Below are positions 20,012 to 30,022 of a stretch of DNA of 64,000 bases, in pieces. The stretch is from an uncultured delta proteobacterium (GTDB lineage Bacteria; Desulfobacterota; BSN033; UBA1163), in assembly GCA_963695895.1 (NCBI GenBank), contig CAVOIK010000022.1, positions 70,485 to 134,484 on the forward strand. Reading direction: 5' to 3'. The notes beneath the pieces are model-generated. The model was not told where the DNA came from. It was given only the letters and a program-made list of their open reading frames with translations, and did no database searches. The number at the start of each line of letters is the position of its first letter. Within the stretch, counting starts at the first letter, position 1. Position numbers and translations under genes: made by a program.

Positions 20012-22153
20012 ATGCGCACTCTTATCCAACATAAAAAAAGTCCCGGAGGCGTGCATCGAGGGACAAGATACTTCATCTAAGACAAGCCAACCGAGTTTTC
20101 CTCATTCTTGCCTTCGTTCTGTTGATTGGGACCCTCATTACCTATTCCAATCATTTCAGGAACGGCTTCCATTTTGACGATTCCCATGTCATCGTCGAAA
20201 ACGTCCACATTCGAAATGTCCGCAATATTCCCCTTTTTTTTAAAGATGGCACGACGTTCAGCTCCCTGCCGAGCAACCAGTCCTATCGGCCCGTCGTGTC
20301 GGCAACCCTTGCCATCGATTACTGGCTGGGCAAAAGCCTTAATCCTTTCTATTTTCATCTCACCACATTCATCCTCTTCCTGTTTCAGGGGGTGCTCATA
20401 TTTCTTCTCTATTTCAAGATAGTAAATCTATCGTTGGAACATCCCTGGAATAAGTTTTTGGCGCTCTTTGCAACCGCCTGGTACATGCTTCACCCTGCCA
20501 ACGCAGAGACGATCAACTACGTCTCTGCCCGCTCGGATACCCTCTCGACCCAGTTTCTTCTCTTTGCCCTCGTGCTCTTCATCTATTCGTCACGGTGCAG
20601 GAAATGGCACCTCTATCTGATCCCCGCGGGAATCGGCATCCTCGCCAAACCGATTGGCAGGAGTCTTTCCCATATTGCTATTGGCCTATGTCATCCTTTT
20701 TGAGAAGAGAATATCCCTGGCAGAGATCTTCCACAGAAAAAACTTTCCGGCCCTCGCTTCCTCCTTCAAGAAGGTTCTGCCTTCGCTTCTCTTCTGCGGG
20801 ATCCTGGTGGTCTTTATGGGAAGGATGGGGCCAGCCACATGGGTTGCGGGCGGATCGTCTTTCTATCACTATGTCATCACACAACCTTTTGTCATTCTCC
20901 GTTACTTCACGACCTTCTTCTTGCCCATCGATCTGAGCGCAGACACAGACTGGACACCATTCAAGACCCTTCTGGATGGGCGGTTTTTCATCGGAATATT
21001 GTTTCTGCTGGGACTGTTGTGGGCGGCTGTGGCTTCATCAAGAAAAGAGAGAGGACGACCAATTTCCTTTGGTATCCTTTGGTTTCTCATTGCGCTGCTC
21101 CCAACCAGCCTCACCCCGCTTGCCGAGGTCATGAACGACCACCGGATCTTTTTCCCCTACGTGGGCCTGACGATGAGTGTCTCCTGGGCCATTGCACTGG
21201 GGCTATCTCATCTGAAAAAGTCGGTGCAGCCGGCGCAGACATTTAACCGTGCACTGGTCGTGGCAATATTGATCGTCCTCGCGGCTTATGCATACGGAAC
21301 GTATCAGAGGAACAAGGTATGGCTCACGGATGAGACGCTCTGGCGTGACGTCACGGAAAAAAGTCCAAACAACGGCAGGGGACTTATGAATTACGGCTTG
21401 GCCCTGATGGCAAAGGCCGATTACGCGGGGGCGGAGCGGTATTTCAACAAAGCCCTTGCCTTGACGCCCAACTATTCCTTTCTTCTCGTCAACCTGGGAA
21501 TACTGAAGGAGGCCACCGGCCACCCGGTCGAGGCGGAGTCTTTCTTTAGAAGGTCCGTCGTCTCCAACACCGGATACCCCGGATCCTATTTCTATTACGG
21601 GCGCTTCCTAAAAAGGCAGGGACGGATCGATGAGGCGATCCAGAACCTGAACAAGACGCTTGCTTTGGTCCCTGCGCATCTGGATGCAAGACATCTCTTA
21701 ATGGATATCTATTTCGAGCGCAGGGAATTCACTGAACTGGCAACCCTGGCTCAGAGCACACTTGATCTTGCACCTGAGGACGAGAAGGCGACGGCTTACC
21801 TTCGTGCGACCCAAAAAGGGAACCCTCTGCTTCAGGTCGCCTTGGAAAGGGTGAAGACTCATCGAACTCCTGAGAACCTTCTTGAATTGAGTTTCAGGTA
21901 TTATGAGGCAGGCCAATTCACAAAGTGCATTGATGCGGCCGAAGAGGCGCTGAAATTGAAGTCTGACTATGGTCCGGCTTACATTAATATCTGTGCCGCC
22001 TACAATGCGCTGAAGCAATGGGACAGGGCGATCGAGGCAGGGGAGAAGGCCGTCCGACTCAACCCGAATAATCCACTGGCAAAGAATAACCTGGCCTGGG
22101 CAAAAAGGGAAAAGATGAAATCAGAAAAGGTCAAAGCTCCGACCGCGGAGTAA
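20012..22153 (+). pseudogene. GT-C-fold, TMTC/PMT-like membrane glycosyltransferase with a C-terminal TPR domain; two apparent frameshifts (may be sequencing errors)
   Basis: ATG 20012 ('MRTLIQHKK') joins the ORF 20122 frame if the A7 run at 20033-20039 is A8. ORFs 20122..20703 and 20654..22153 join at about 20653-20656 ('AKP|MAGVFPILL'). The first loop carries 'HFDDSHVIVEN', and 'HPANAETINYVSARSD' resembles DUF1736/TMTC. There are about 10 TM segments and then at least 6 TPR-like repeats ('YAGAERYFNKALALTPN', 'WDRAIEAGEKAVRLNPNN'). Confidence 0.7.
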
Positions 22154-22182
22154 GCTCTTGCAGGAGGTGTCAACGATCGGCC

Positions 22183-23253
22183 ATGGAACTCACCGCAATC
22201 ATCCCGGCGTATAATCCCCCTCAGGAATTGGTCGGATTTGTCCGTCAGTTGGCTGCTTCCGAGTTTGCCAAAATCATTGTCGTGAACGACGGCAGTACCC
22301 GGCAATGTGACTCGGTATTTCAAGCGATTGAAGGGATTCAAAAGGTTACACTTCTCAGGCACGCAATCAACCTTGGAAAGGGCGCTGCCCTGAAGACAGC
22401 GTTTAATCACGCCTGTTGTTATTTTGGCGATCACATCGGGGTCGTGACGATCGATGCGGACGGCCAGCACCTGCTCGAGGATGCCCTCAAGGTGGCTGAG
22501 GTTTTGAAAAACCATCCGGAAAACTTCGTGATGGGCGTAAGGACATTCGGTAAAAATGTTCCCTTGCGAAGCAAGATCGGAAATATTTTGACGAGCTTCC
22601 TATTCCGGCTGTTGGTAGGCCAAAAGCTGACCGACACACAATCCGGACTTCGGGGCATCCCCAAATCGTTTCTTCCGGGGCTGTTGAAAATCGGTTCGAA
22701 CGGGTTCGAATTTGACCTTGATACGCTTCTCACATGGAAGTACACCAGGCGCCAGATCATTGAGCAGCCGATTCAAACCGTTTACATCAAAGGGAATGAG
22801 TCATCGCACTTTAACCCCATTATGGACTCCATGAGGATATATTTTGTCCTCTTTCGCTTTACCCTTGCATCCTTGTCTTCCGCTCTCATTGATTATGCGG
22901 TATTTATACTGATTTACGGCCTCACCTCAAACCTTCTCGCGGGGCAGGCCTGCGCTCGCCTGGTATCGATGCTCTATAACTATTCCGTAGTGAAAAAAAT
23001 GGTATTTTTTTCCGGGGAACAGGTTACCAGAACCTTTCCCAAATATCTCGCTCTCGTCATTTGTTCCGGCTCAATTTCGTATTTCCTGATCAAAGTCCTG
23101 ACTCAGTTCTCCCTATTGCCCGTGATCGCTGCCAAAGCCGTTGTGGAGTCTCTGGTCTTTCTTGCCAATTTTGCTATCCAGCGCGATTTTATTTTTGTTA
23201 AGAATACCGATCTCAAAACGCAAGCGCCCAACTTGAAACAAAGGGTTAAATGA
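22183..23253 (+). CDS. GT2 polyprenyl-phosphate sugar synthase (GtrB/DPM1-like) fused to a GtrA-like 4-TM domain
   Basis: 356-aa ORF with 'IIPAYNPP', 'VVNDGS', 'TIDADGQH' (DxD) and 'TDTQSGLRG'. The C-terminal ~130 aa forms four hydrophobic helices ending 'ANFAIQRDFIF', which is GtrA-like. Confidence 0.75.
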   Translation: MELTAIIPAYNPPQELVGFVRQLAASEFAKIIVVNDGSTRQCDSVFQAIEGIQKVTLLRHAINLGKGAALKTAFNHACCYFGDHIGVVTIDADGQHLLEDALKVAEVLKNHPENFVMGVRTFGKNVPLRSKIGNILTSFLFRLLVGQKLTDTQSGLRGIPKSFLPGLLKIGSNGFEFDLDTLLTWKYTRRQIIEQPIQTVYIKGNESSHFNPIMDSMRIYFVLFRFTLASLSSALIDYAVFILIYGLTSNLLAGQACARLVSMLYNYSVVKKMVFFSGEQVTRTFPKYLALVICSGSISYFLIKVLTQFSLLPVIAAKAVVESLVFLANFAIQRDFIFVKNTDLKTQAPNLKQRVK

Positions 23254-23429
23254 AAGCAAGAAAGCGTCGCAGAGAAACCTGAAAGAGAAGAGAAAGGCCA
23301 ACACGAGAAGAAGAACAAGTAGGCCTGGAAGAGACTGTCTCATCAAAGGAAAGAAGTCTCTGAGGACTGGGATGTCGGGTTTAGAGTTTGTTTGAGCGCT
23401 GATCAGCTGATCCAAGGGAAGAAGCCCTT

Positions 23430-24554
23430 ATGAGCATGGCGTCTCTGCCACAAGATATGCAACCACAGGAGATAGACAGAACGATTGACTCCGTGTCTGG
23501 AAACGAAGGCAAAACGCCTATGGAGTTTAGATCGATAGCACTCAAAGGGCTTTTTATAATCGTCCTTTTCTATACGCTTTATTTTGCACGTGCCTTGGTC
23601 CTGCCGCTCACATTGGCATTGCTTTTCACCTTTCTTCTCAGACCGGTAGTTCGCGCTCTCAAAAGGGCCAGAATACCGGAGTCCGTAGGAGCCGCTCTGG
23701 TGCTCATCGTGTTGCTCGGGAGTGTGGGTTATGGTGCCGTCAAACTCTCTATACCTGCGGCCCAGTGGATTGACAGAGCACCGGAGAGTTTACGCCAAAT
23801 CGAGCTAAAAGTGAGCTTTTTACGTAAACCCATCGAGGGAGCAAACAAGGCGGTTGAAGAGTTGAAAAGGGTCACAAGAATGGGAGCTGAAAAGAAACCG
23901 GAAGTCGAAATAAAAACCCCGGGCATCACGGAGGCTGTTTTAACCGGCACAAGGGAAGTGATTGTAAAAAGTTCTGTGATGTTTATTCTCCTCTACTTCC
24001 TTCTAGCTTCTGGTGATCTGTTTTTAGGAAAGTTCATTAAGCTCTACCCGAAGCTCCACACGAAGAAAGAGATCCTGAAAATCATACGAGCCGTGGAACA
24101 CGAGATCTCACGATACCTTTACACAGTGACAGTGATCAATATCTGCACGGGGATTTCCCTGGGAATTGGCTTATACCTGATCGGTATGCCTAACGCTGCA
24201 CTCTGGGGAGTGATGGGAGGATGTCTTATCTTCCTTCCTTATCTTGGTCCTCTGATGGGCATTTCGATTGTTACTATTGTAGCCTTCTTGACCTTTGACA
24301 GTATCGGACGGGTATTGCTGGCGCCCGTAATCTATGTGGCTCTGGAAACCCTGCAGGGCCAAATCATCACACCGATGATACTCGGTTCACGTTTTGCACT
24401 CAATCCTATCGCCATCATTATCTGGCTAATCTTCTGGGGATGGATGTGGGGTATCATTGGTGCTTTGCTCGCCTTTCCTATGCTGACCGTTTTCAAGATC
24501 CTGTGCGATCATACCGAGTCCCTCTCTCCTGTTGGCAAGTTCCTCGCAAGATAA
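23430..24554 (+). CDS. AI-2E family transporter (PerM/UPF0118-type permease)
   Basis: 374-aa polytopic ORF. The C-terminal half ('LIFLPYLGPLMG', 'PIAIIIWLIFWGWMWGIIGALLAFP') is typical of the family. Confidence 0.7.
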   Translation: MSMASLPQDMQPQEIDRTIDSVSGNEGKTPMEFRSIALKGLFIIVLFYTLYFARALVLPLTLALLFTFLLRPVVRALKRARIPESVGAALVLIVLLGSVGYGAVKLSIPAAQWIDRAPESLRQIELKVSFLRKPIEGANKAVEELKRVTRMGAEKKPEVEIKTPGITEAVLTGTREVIVKSSVMFILLYFLLASGDLFLGKFIKLYPKLHTKKEILKIIRAVEHEISRYLYTVTVINICTGISLGIGLYLIGMPNAALWGVMGGCLIFLPYLGPLMGISIVTIVAFLTFDSIGRVLLAPVIYVALETLQGQIITPMILGSRFALNPIAIIIWLIFWGWMWGIIGALLAFPMLTVFKILCDHTESLSPVGKFLAR

Positions 24555-24734
24555 CTCCGGTAAACCATAGACATTCGGTGTCAGGCATTACTAATAGAGT
24601 ATTGGGTGGGTCAGAGCTTTTGAGGACAATTCTTGACTCTTGACAAAGAAAGACGTTATTGAGCAAAGCAAGGATATCGAGATCATTGCCCAAGGCGCCT
24701 TCGGAGACAGATATCCGCAGAAAGAGGAAGAGAT

Positions 24735-25801
24735 ATGAAAATGGGACTGAGGGAAAAAGCATCAAGTTTGCGTGTCGGAGCTTTCTTGATCTACGCATTG
24801 AGCTCTCTGCTTCTGCTGGGGACGGTGTCGGTGCAGGCGGCGGACCTGTCCCAGAACATGGCTGAATGTGCAGCGATCGAAAACGATGGAGAGAGACTGA
24901 AGTGTTATGACCAACTGGCCGGCCGCAACTCCAGGAAGATGGAGGAGGTCACCGAATCAAAGGAGAGCGAGTCAACAGAGAAAACTCCGAAAGGAATGGA
25001 GGAGGAATCCTACTTTTCGCGGCTCTGGGATTTGGACCGCGAGACCCGCGGAGGAAAATTCGCGATAAGGCCCCATCGATCCAATTACATCCTTCCCTTC
25101 ACATACAACTTCTCGCCGAATGCCGCTGCGGTACAAGAAGGCGACCCTGATAAGGATGTGATGCGATCCGAGGTCAAATTCCAGCTGAGTGTGAAGGTGA
25201 AACTCCTGGAGGATGTTCTCAATAAGGATATGGATCTGTGGTTCGCTTACACACAACAATCCTTCTGGCAATTGTACAACTTCGATGATTCCTCCCCATT
25301 CCGGGAGACAAACTACGAGCCTGAGTTGCTTCTCAACTTCAGAACCCGGTTTGATATCCTGGGGCTGACAGGACGCTTCTTCAATGTGGGTATGAACCAC
25401 CAGTCCAACGGCCAATCGGAACCCTTGTCGAGAAGCTGGAACCGTATCGTGGGGAGCGTAGGTCTCGAGAGAGAGACCGTTTTTCTCTTCTCGTGAAAGG
25501 ATGGTACCGCATTCCGGAAAGCAGCAAAGATGACGACAATCCCGATATCGAAAAATACCTGGGCTACGGGGAGATCTGGGGGTACTATTTCCTGAAGGAG
25601 CACAGGTTCGGAGCGATGCTCAGGAACAATTTCAGTGTTCACCATAACCGCGGCGCTTTGCAGGTTGAATGGAGTTTCCCACTCCTTGAATGGGTCAGTG
25701 GGTATGTGCAGTATTTTCTTGGATATGGCGAAAGCCTTCTGGACTACGACCACTCTGTGAACCGGATCGGCGTCGGCTTTATATTCAAGGAGTGGAATTG
25801 A
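24735..25801 (+). CDS. pldA: outer-membrane phospholipase A; one frameshift
   Basis: ORFs 24735..25496 and 25493..25801 together give a signal peptide, 'YILPFTYN', catalytic 'HQSNG', 'SRSWNR', 'DDNPDIEKYLGYGE' and 'YFLGYGESLLDY'. The frames join if the T5 run at 25480-25484 is T6 ('ETVF|SLLVKGWYRIP'). Confidence 0.88.
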
Positions 25802-25959
25802 AGCTCCACCCTGTGGGCGGGGAGCTTCGCTTTGGTTTTGTTTGGGTCGATGACAATGTAGTCGTTCCCTAATGCGTGGTATTTGTGAAAGTCATGTCGT
25901 ATAACGTCTCCGTCCAACGGAATCTTGTCTTTCTTGTGCCTTGTCTTCATATCAATCAT
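25744..25959 (-). pseudogene. 5' fragment of a diaminopimelate-epimerase-like gene
   Basis: The 71-aa ORF contains 'FHKYHALGNDYIVIDP', which resembles the DapF N-terminal 'F.K.HG.GNDF.v.D' motif. Similarity ends after ~40 aa, where the ORF runs into the REP hairpin and the pldA 3' end. Confidence 0.35.
25800..25830. repeat. REP-like hairpin element (short copy)
   Basis: 'GAAGCTCCaccctgtgggcGGGGAGCTTCgc'. The outer 8-bp arms are perfect, and the first bases overlap the pldA stop codon (tGAagctcc). Confidence 0.75.
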
Positions 25960-26383
25960 TAACGAGTTTAGATTGCTTAATCCCTCACATAACTTTGAGA
26001 CTTTGTCAACGAGGGAGGCGACGGTGGTTCACACGTAACCATACTGGAGGTGCGAGAAGACTGGTCTTCACTGTCCTTGGCCCTTTCAGGATGGCTCTCT
26101 TTCCGAAACTTTGGAACGCCGGGCGTCATAGGTTGGATAACCTTTCATGGAGGTAAGCGCACGAATTTACTGCCATTGGATCGCCCGAGTTTGACTGTAA
26201 GAGGTTCGGCTCCAAAGTTCTCCAAGAGAACCATCCTTGCGGGCCTGGACTTATTTTTGTCGGGATTTTATATTTTTTAACACCTTCTCAGCCGCCGGTG
26301 ACTGATTGCTTATCCCTCAAAAGTTTTAGTTGATTTTAGAATTTTTCCTGATAGAATAGAAACGCTCATATTGAAGGGAGGAT

Positions 26384-27559
26384 ATGTCCATGAAGATTCT
26401 GGTTTTAGGGGGATGCGGAATTCAGGGCAAGGCGATTCTTTATGATTTGTCGCGGAACCGTGACGTGAGTGAAGTGGTTTGCGCCGATGCTTTTCCGGAA
26501 AGCCTTTCGCCGTTTCGAAAGCATCTCGATATGAACAAAATCAAACTTGTCCACGTGGATGCCAAGGACAAGAAAATGCTTGTCTCTCTGATGAGGGAAA
26601 ACGTCCAGGTGGTCGTTGATGTTCTGCCAGCACAGTATTTGAAGCCAATCACGGAAGCAGCCATCGAGTCCGGGGTGGGTTTAGTGAATACGAATTACGG
26701 CTACGAGGTTCGCCCTCTCCAAAAGCAGGCAGTGGAAAAGGGGATAGCCATCATGCCTGAATGTGGACTCGACCCGGGGATCGACCTCGTCATCTACGGT
26801 CACGCAGTGAAGCAGTTTGACGAAGTTCATGTCCTTAACTCCTATTGTGGCGGACTTCCTGAGAAGAAAGCCTGCACGAATCCCATGAATTACAAGATCA
26901 GTTGGAACTGGGATATGGTTTTGAAATCCTCGAAGAGAGAAGCCGTGTTCATTAAGAACGGGAAAAAAGTGACCATTTCTGGGGATGATCAACAGGACAA
27001 TGACTTCATTCATGAGATCGACTTTCCAGGTCTTGGCCGGTTAGAGGCCCTTCCCAATGGTAACGCGGTTTTTTTTACGGATCTGCTGGGGGTTACGAAG
27101 ACCATCAAGGAAACCGGCCGTTACAGCCTCCGTTGGCCTGGGTGGTGTGCCTTCTGGCGGCCTTTGAAGAAATTCCACTTCCTGAGCGATCAGCCAGTGG
27201 CGGGGCTGCCCGGCGAGATTACGCCTCACCAGTTCATGGTGAAGTTCTTAGAACCTCAACTCCAATACAAGGAGGATGAGAAGGATTTGGCAGTGATGCA
27301 GAACGTCTTTGCCGGGCTGAAGGATGGGAAAAAGAAGAAGATAGTGGTTAACCTCCTAATCGAGCGGGATCTAAAGACCGGACTCATGGCCATGAGCTTG
27401 GGAGTCGGTTACACGGCCAGCATCGTGGCCTGCATGATTGCGAGCGGAGAGATCAAGGGCAAGGGGGTTTTGTCTCCGGCCACTGACATCCCCTATGATT
27501 CTTTCATGAAGCAGTTGAGTCAGAGAGGCATTGCCTTGGACGAGAAGATAGAGTTCTAG
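26384..27559 (+). CDS. saccharopine-dehydrogenase-family NAD(P) oxidoreductase
   Basis: 391-aa ORF with N-terminal Rossmann 'KILVLGGCGIQGKAILYDL'. The length and the mid-region 'MPECGLDPGIDLV' are typical of the Sacchrp_dh family. Confidence 0.65.
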   Translation: MSMKILVLGGCGIQGKAILYDLSRNRDVSEVVCADAFPESLSPFRKHLDMNKIKLVHVDAKDKKMLVSLMRENVQVVVDVLPAQYLKPITEAAIESGVGLVNTNYGYEVRPLQKQAVEKGIAIMPECGLDPGIDLVIYGHAVKQFDEVHVLNSYCGGLPEKKACTNPMNYKISWNWDMVLKSSKREAVFIKNGKKVTISGDDQQDNDFIHEIDFPGLGRLEALPNGNAVFFTDLLGVTKTIKETGRYSLRWPGWCAFWRPLKKFHFLSDQPVAGLPGEITPHQFMVKFLEPQLQYKEDEKDLAVMQNVFAGLKDGKKKKIVVNLLIERDLKTGLMAMSLGVGYTASIVACMIASGEIKGKGVLSPATDIPYDSFMKQLSQRGIALDEKIEF

Positions 27560-27747
27560 GGGCAAAGATGACCGGGACAGATTCCCATGGACAGGAGACC
27601 GTTTAGAGGAGCCATCGCGGTCGTTGAAAGGAGGTGAAGTCTTAAGGGGATCATGACGTTGGAAGGGTTTCGGATGGGTGAGGCAGTGTAATCCCACTGT
27701 CCTTCCATGGCACCCACATAGGATAAAAACAGAAAGGAGAAAGGAAC

Positions 27748-28542
27748 ATGAAGAAAACGTGGTGGATTTGGATGTTGGCAGTTGTTTTAGGATTGGGTTT
27801 CTACGGCGTGGCAACCGCAGATACCCTGGATGACATCGTCAAGAATGGCGAACTCAGGATTGTTTGCCAGACACAGGGAACCCCATTCAGTTTCATCGAT
27901 AAGAATGGCAAACGGACCGGATACGCTGTGGAAGTTGCCAACCTGATGGGAAAAGAAATGGGTGTCAAGGTGACGTTTCTTGATTATGACTGGGATGGTC
28001 TACTTCCTGCGCTTCTCTCAAAGAAGGGAGATGTTCTGGCAGCAGATATGACGCCCACGCTGGCACGTGCCTTGAAAGTCTCCTTTACCCAACCCTACTA
28101 TTACACGGGAAGTATCATTTTTACCAAGAAGGGGAGCAAGTTCAAGACGATCGAGCAGTGCAATAAGGAGAATGTGAATGTGGCTGTCCTGCTGGGTAGC
28201 ACAGGCGAAGCAGACGCCAAGAGGGTGCTGCCTAAGGCCCAACAAAAAGCGTACAAGGGAGGAGGCCCCCTTCTCATTAATGCCGTGATCGCAGGCCATG
28301 CAGACATTGGTGTCAATGATGATACCGCCGTGGTCGGCCAGATGGCAGAATTTCCTCCGGGAAGCATCGAGCTCCTTCCGGGTCAACTGTCCAAATTGCC
28401 TCTGGCCTTTGCCGTTCGCCCAGATGATGCACGGCTGGTCCAGTGGATCAATCTCTTCTTTGACTGGATCCAGACCGATGGGAGGCAGGAGCAATTGCTG
28501 AAATACTGGGTGAAGACCCTGGATTGGAAGAAAGATCATTAA
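27748..28542 (+). CDS. polar amino-acid ABC transporter, periplasmic binding protein (family 3)
   Basis: 264-aa ORF with a signal peptide, 'LRIVCQTQGTPFSFID', 'DWDGLLPALLSKKGDVLAADMT' and 'PLAFAVRPDD'. Confidence 0.8.
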   Translation: MKKTWWIWMLAVVLGLGFYGVATADTLDDIVKNGELRIVCQTQGTPFSFIDKNGKRTGYAVEVANLMGKEMGVKVTFLDYDWDGLLPALLSKKGDVLAADMTPTLARALKVSFTQPYYYTGSIIFTKKGSKFKTIEQCNKENVNVAVLLGSTGEADAKRVLPKAQQKAYKGGGPLLINAVIAGHADIGVNDDTAVVGQMAEFPPGSIELLPGQLSKLPLAFAVRPDDARLVQWINLFFDWIQTDGRQEQLLKYWVKTLDWKKDH

Positions 28543-28565
28543 ACCTCTGTGGAGTGGTAGGCGGC

Positions 28566-29234
28566 ATGCTGGAGTATTTTAACTTCCGGGTAATGTTTGA
28601 GTATTACCCCTTGTTCTTGAAGGGGTTTCTGTCAACGGGGTGGATTTCTTTCGTTTCCCTTTTCTTGAGCCTTCTTGTGGGAATCCTTTCCTGTGCAGGA
28701 CGTTTGTCCAAATCTCGTTTGTTTTCAACTCCGGCAGCCGCCTACATCGAAACAATCCGCTCCACTCCCCTTTTAGCGCAGATTTATTTCTTTTACTTTG
28801 GGCTTCCCAGCCTGGGATTCCGAGTTCCTGAGCTTCAGACAGGGATCCTGGCCTTGACGCTCAACAGCGGGGCCTACATGGCTGAGATCGTACGAGCTGG
28901 GATGCAGTCCGTCAGCACCGGACAGATCGAAGCAGGCACCTCGTCGGGTCTCAATTATTTTCAGCGCCTTCGTTTCATTATCTTGCCCCAAGCCATCGGG
29001 GTGACGATCCCACCTCTCCTTGGCCAGGCCATTGTTTTGGTGAAAGACAGTTCGCTCCTCTCGCTGATTTCCGTCATGGAGCTTACCCGAGCAGGCCAGA
29101 TTTTGACCAACGAGCGTTTTATGCCTGCAGAAGGTTTTTTTGCCGTGGCAGCTTTATACCTGGTTTTATACTTCTTACTTAAATCGCTTTCGACCTGGTG
29201 GCAGAAGAGATTGATTTTCCGACAGGCCGTGTAA
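28566..29234 (+). CDS. amino-acid ABC transporter permease (His/Glu/Gln/Arg/opine family)
   Basis: EAA-loop 'GQIEAGTSSGLNYFQRLRFIILPQA', with ATG at 28566. Confidence 0.8.
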   Translation: MLEYFNFRVMFEYYPLFLKGFLSTGWISFVSLFLSLLVGILSCAGRLSKSRLFSTPAAAYIETIRSTPLLAQIYFFYFGLPSLGFRVPELQTGILALTLNSGAYMAEIVRAGMQSVSTGQIEAGTSSGLNYFQRLRFIILPQAIGVTIPPLLGQAIVLVKDSSLLSLISVMELTRAGQILTNERFMPAEGFFAVAALYLVLYFLLKSLSTWWQKRLIFRQAV

Positions 29235-29256
29235 ATAGCAGTGTGGGAATGAGACG

Positions 29257-29925
29257 ATGTGGGGTTACTACACCCAGCAGTTAATCCATAGCATCCCTTT
29301 CTTCCTGAAAGGGCTCTGGATGACTATTGCAGTCTCCCTGTTGAGCCTGATTGGTGGCACCGTTATTGGGTTCTTTGCAGGGGTTGGCCGAGCCAGCCGA
29401 GCAAAGTGGCTTCGACGTCTTCTCTCCGTCTACGTGGATGCCATCCGCGGGACCCCCTTTCTGGTTCAGTTGTTCATCCTGTTTTTCATTCTGCCCGAGT
29501 GTGGAGTTCAAATCGAGGCATTTCCTGCTGCGGTGTTAGGCTTGACGATTTGTTCAGGGGCCTATATCTGTGAAATTTTTGCGAGCGGGATCGAGGCGGT
29601 TCAATGGGGGCAACGAGAAGCTGCTATTTCCACCGGCCTCAATCGTTATCAACAACTCCGTTTCATCATTTTACCTCAAGCCATGCGCACAATCCTTCCA
29701 CCGCTGGTGGGTCAGTACGTACTCTTGATCAAAGATTCGTCGGTGGTCTCCGTCATTGGAGTCCTCGATGTGACCCGAGTAGGCTGGCTGACAGTCCAAC
29801 GAATCCCGGAAGGCATCCTGGTCTTTGGGCTTGTGGGAATCCTCTATTTCATCATCTGTTATCCCCTCATCCATCTGGTCAATTATCTCGAAGCTCGAAT
29901 GACCGTTCAGAAATTCCGACTTTAG
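29257..29925 (+). CDS. amino-acid ABC transporter permease, second subunit
   Basis: 'GQREAAISTGLNRYQQLRFIILPQA'; paralogous to the preceding permease. Confidence 0.8.
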   Translation: MWGYYTQQLIHSIPFFLKGLWMTIAVSLLSLIGGTVIGFFAGVGRASRAKWLRRLLSVYVDAIRGTPFLVQLFILFFILPECGVQIEAFPAAVLGLTICSGAYICEIFASGIEAVQWGQREAAISTGLNRYQQLRFIILPQAMRTILPPLVGQYVLLIKDSSVVSVIGVLDVTRVGWLTVQRIPEGILVFGLVGILYFIICYPLIHLVNYLEARMTVQKFRL

Positions 29926-30022
29926 TCCTCTCCTCCGAGTCAAACGGACAGTCTCAACCAGGTTCAGATTGTTAGCTGGGAGTTTTGAGTGGTATCAAAG
30001 TCCTGAGAACCTTGGGGAGAGA

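Noticed and set aside
25960-26383. A possible degraded AbrB/VapB-type antitoxin on the minus strand ('VKLGRSNGSKFVRLP', interrupted by a stop).
   Set aside because: It only loosely resembles the 'GNS..V.LP' motif, is interrupted by a stop, has no partner toxin ORF and no start or RBS. I treat the region as non-coding or unrecognisable remnant.
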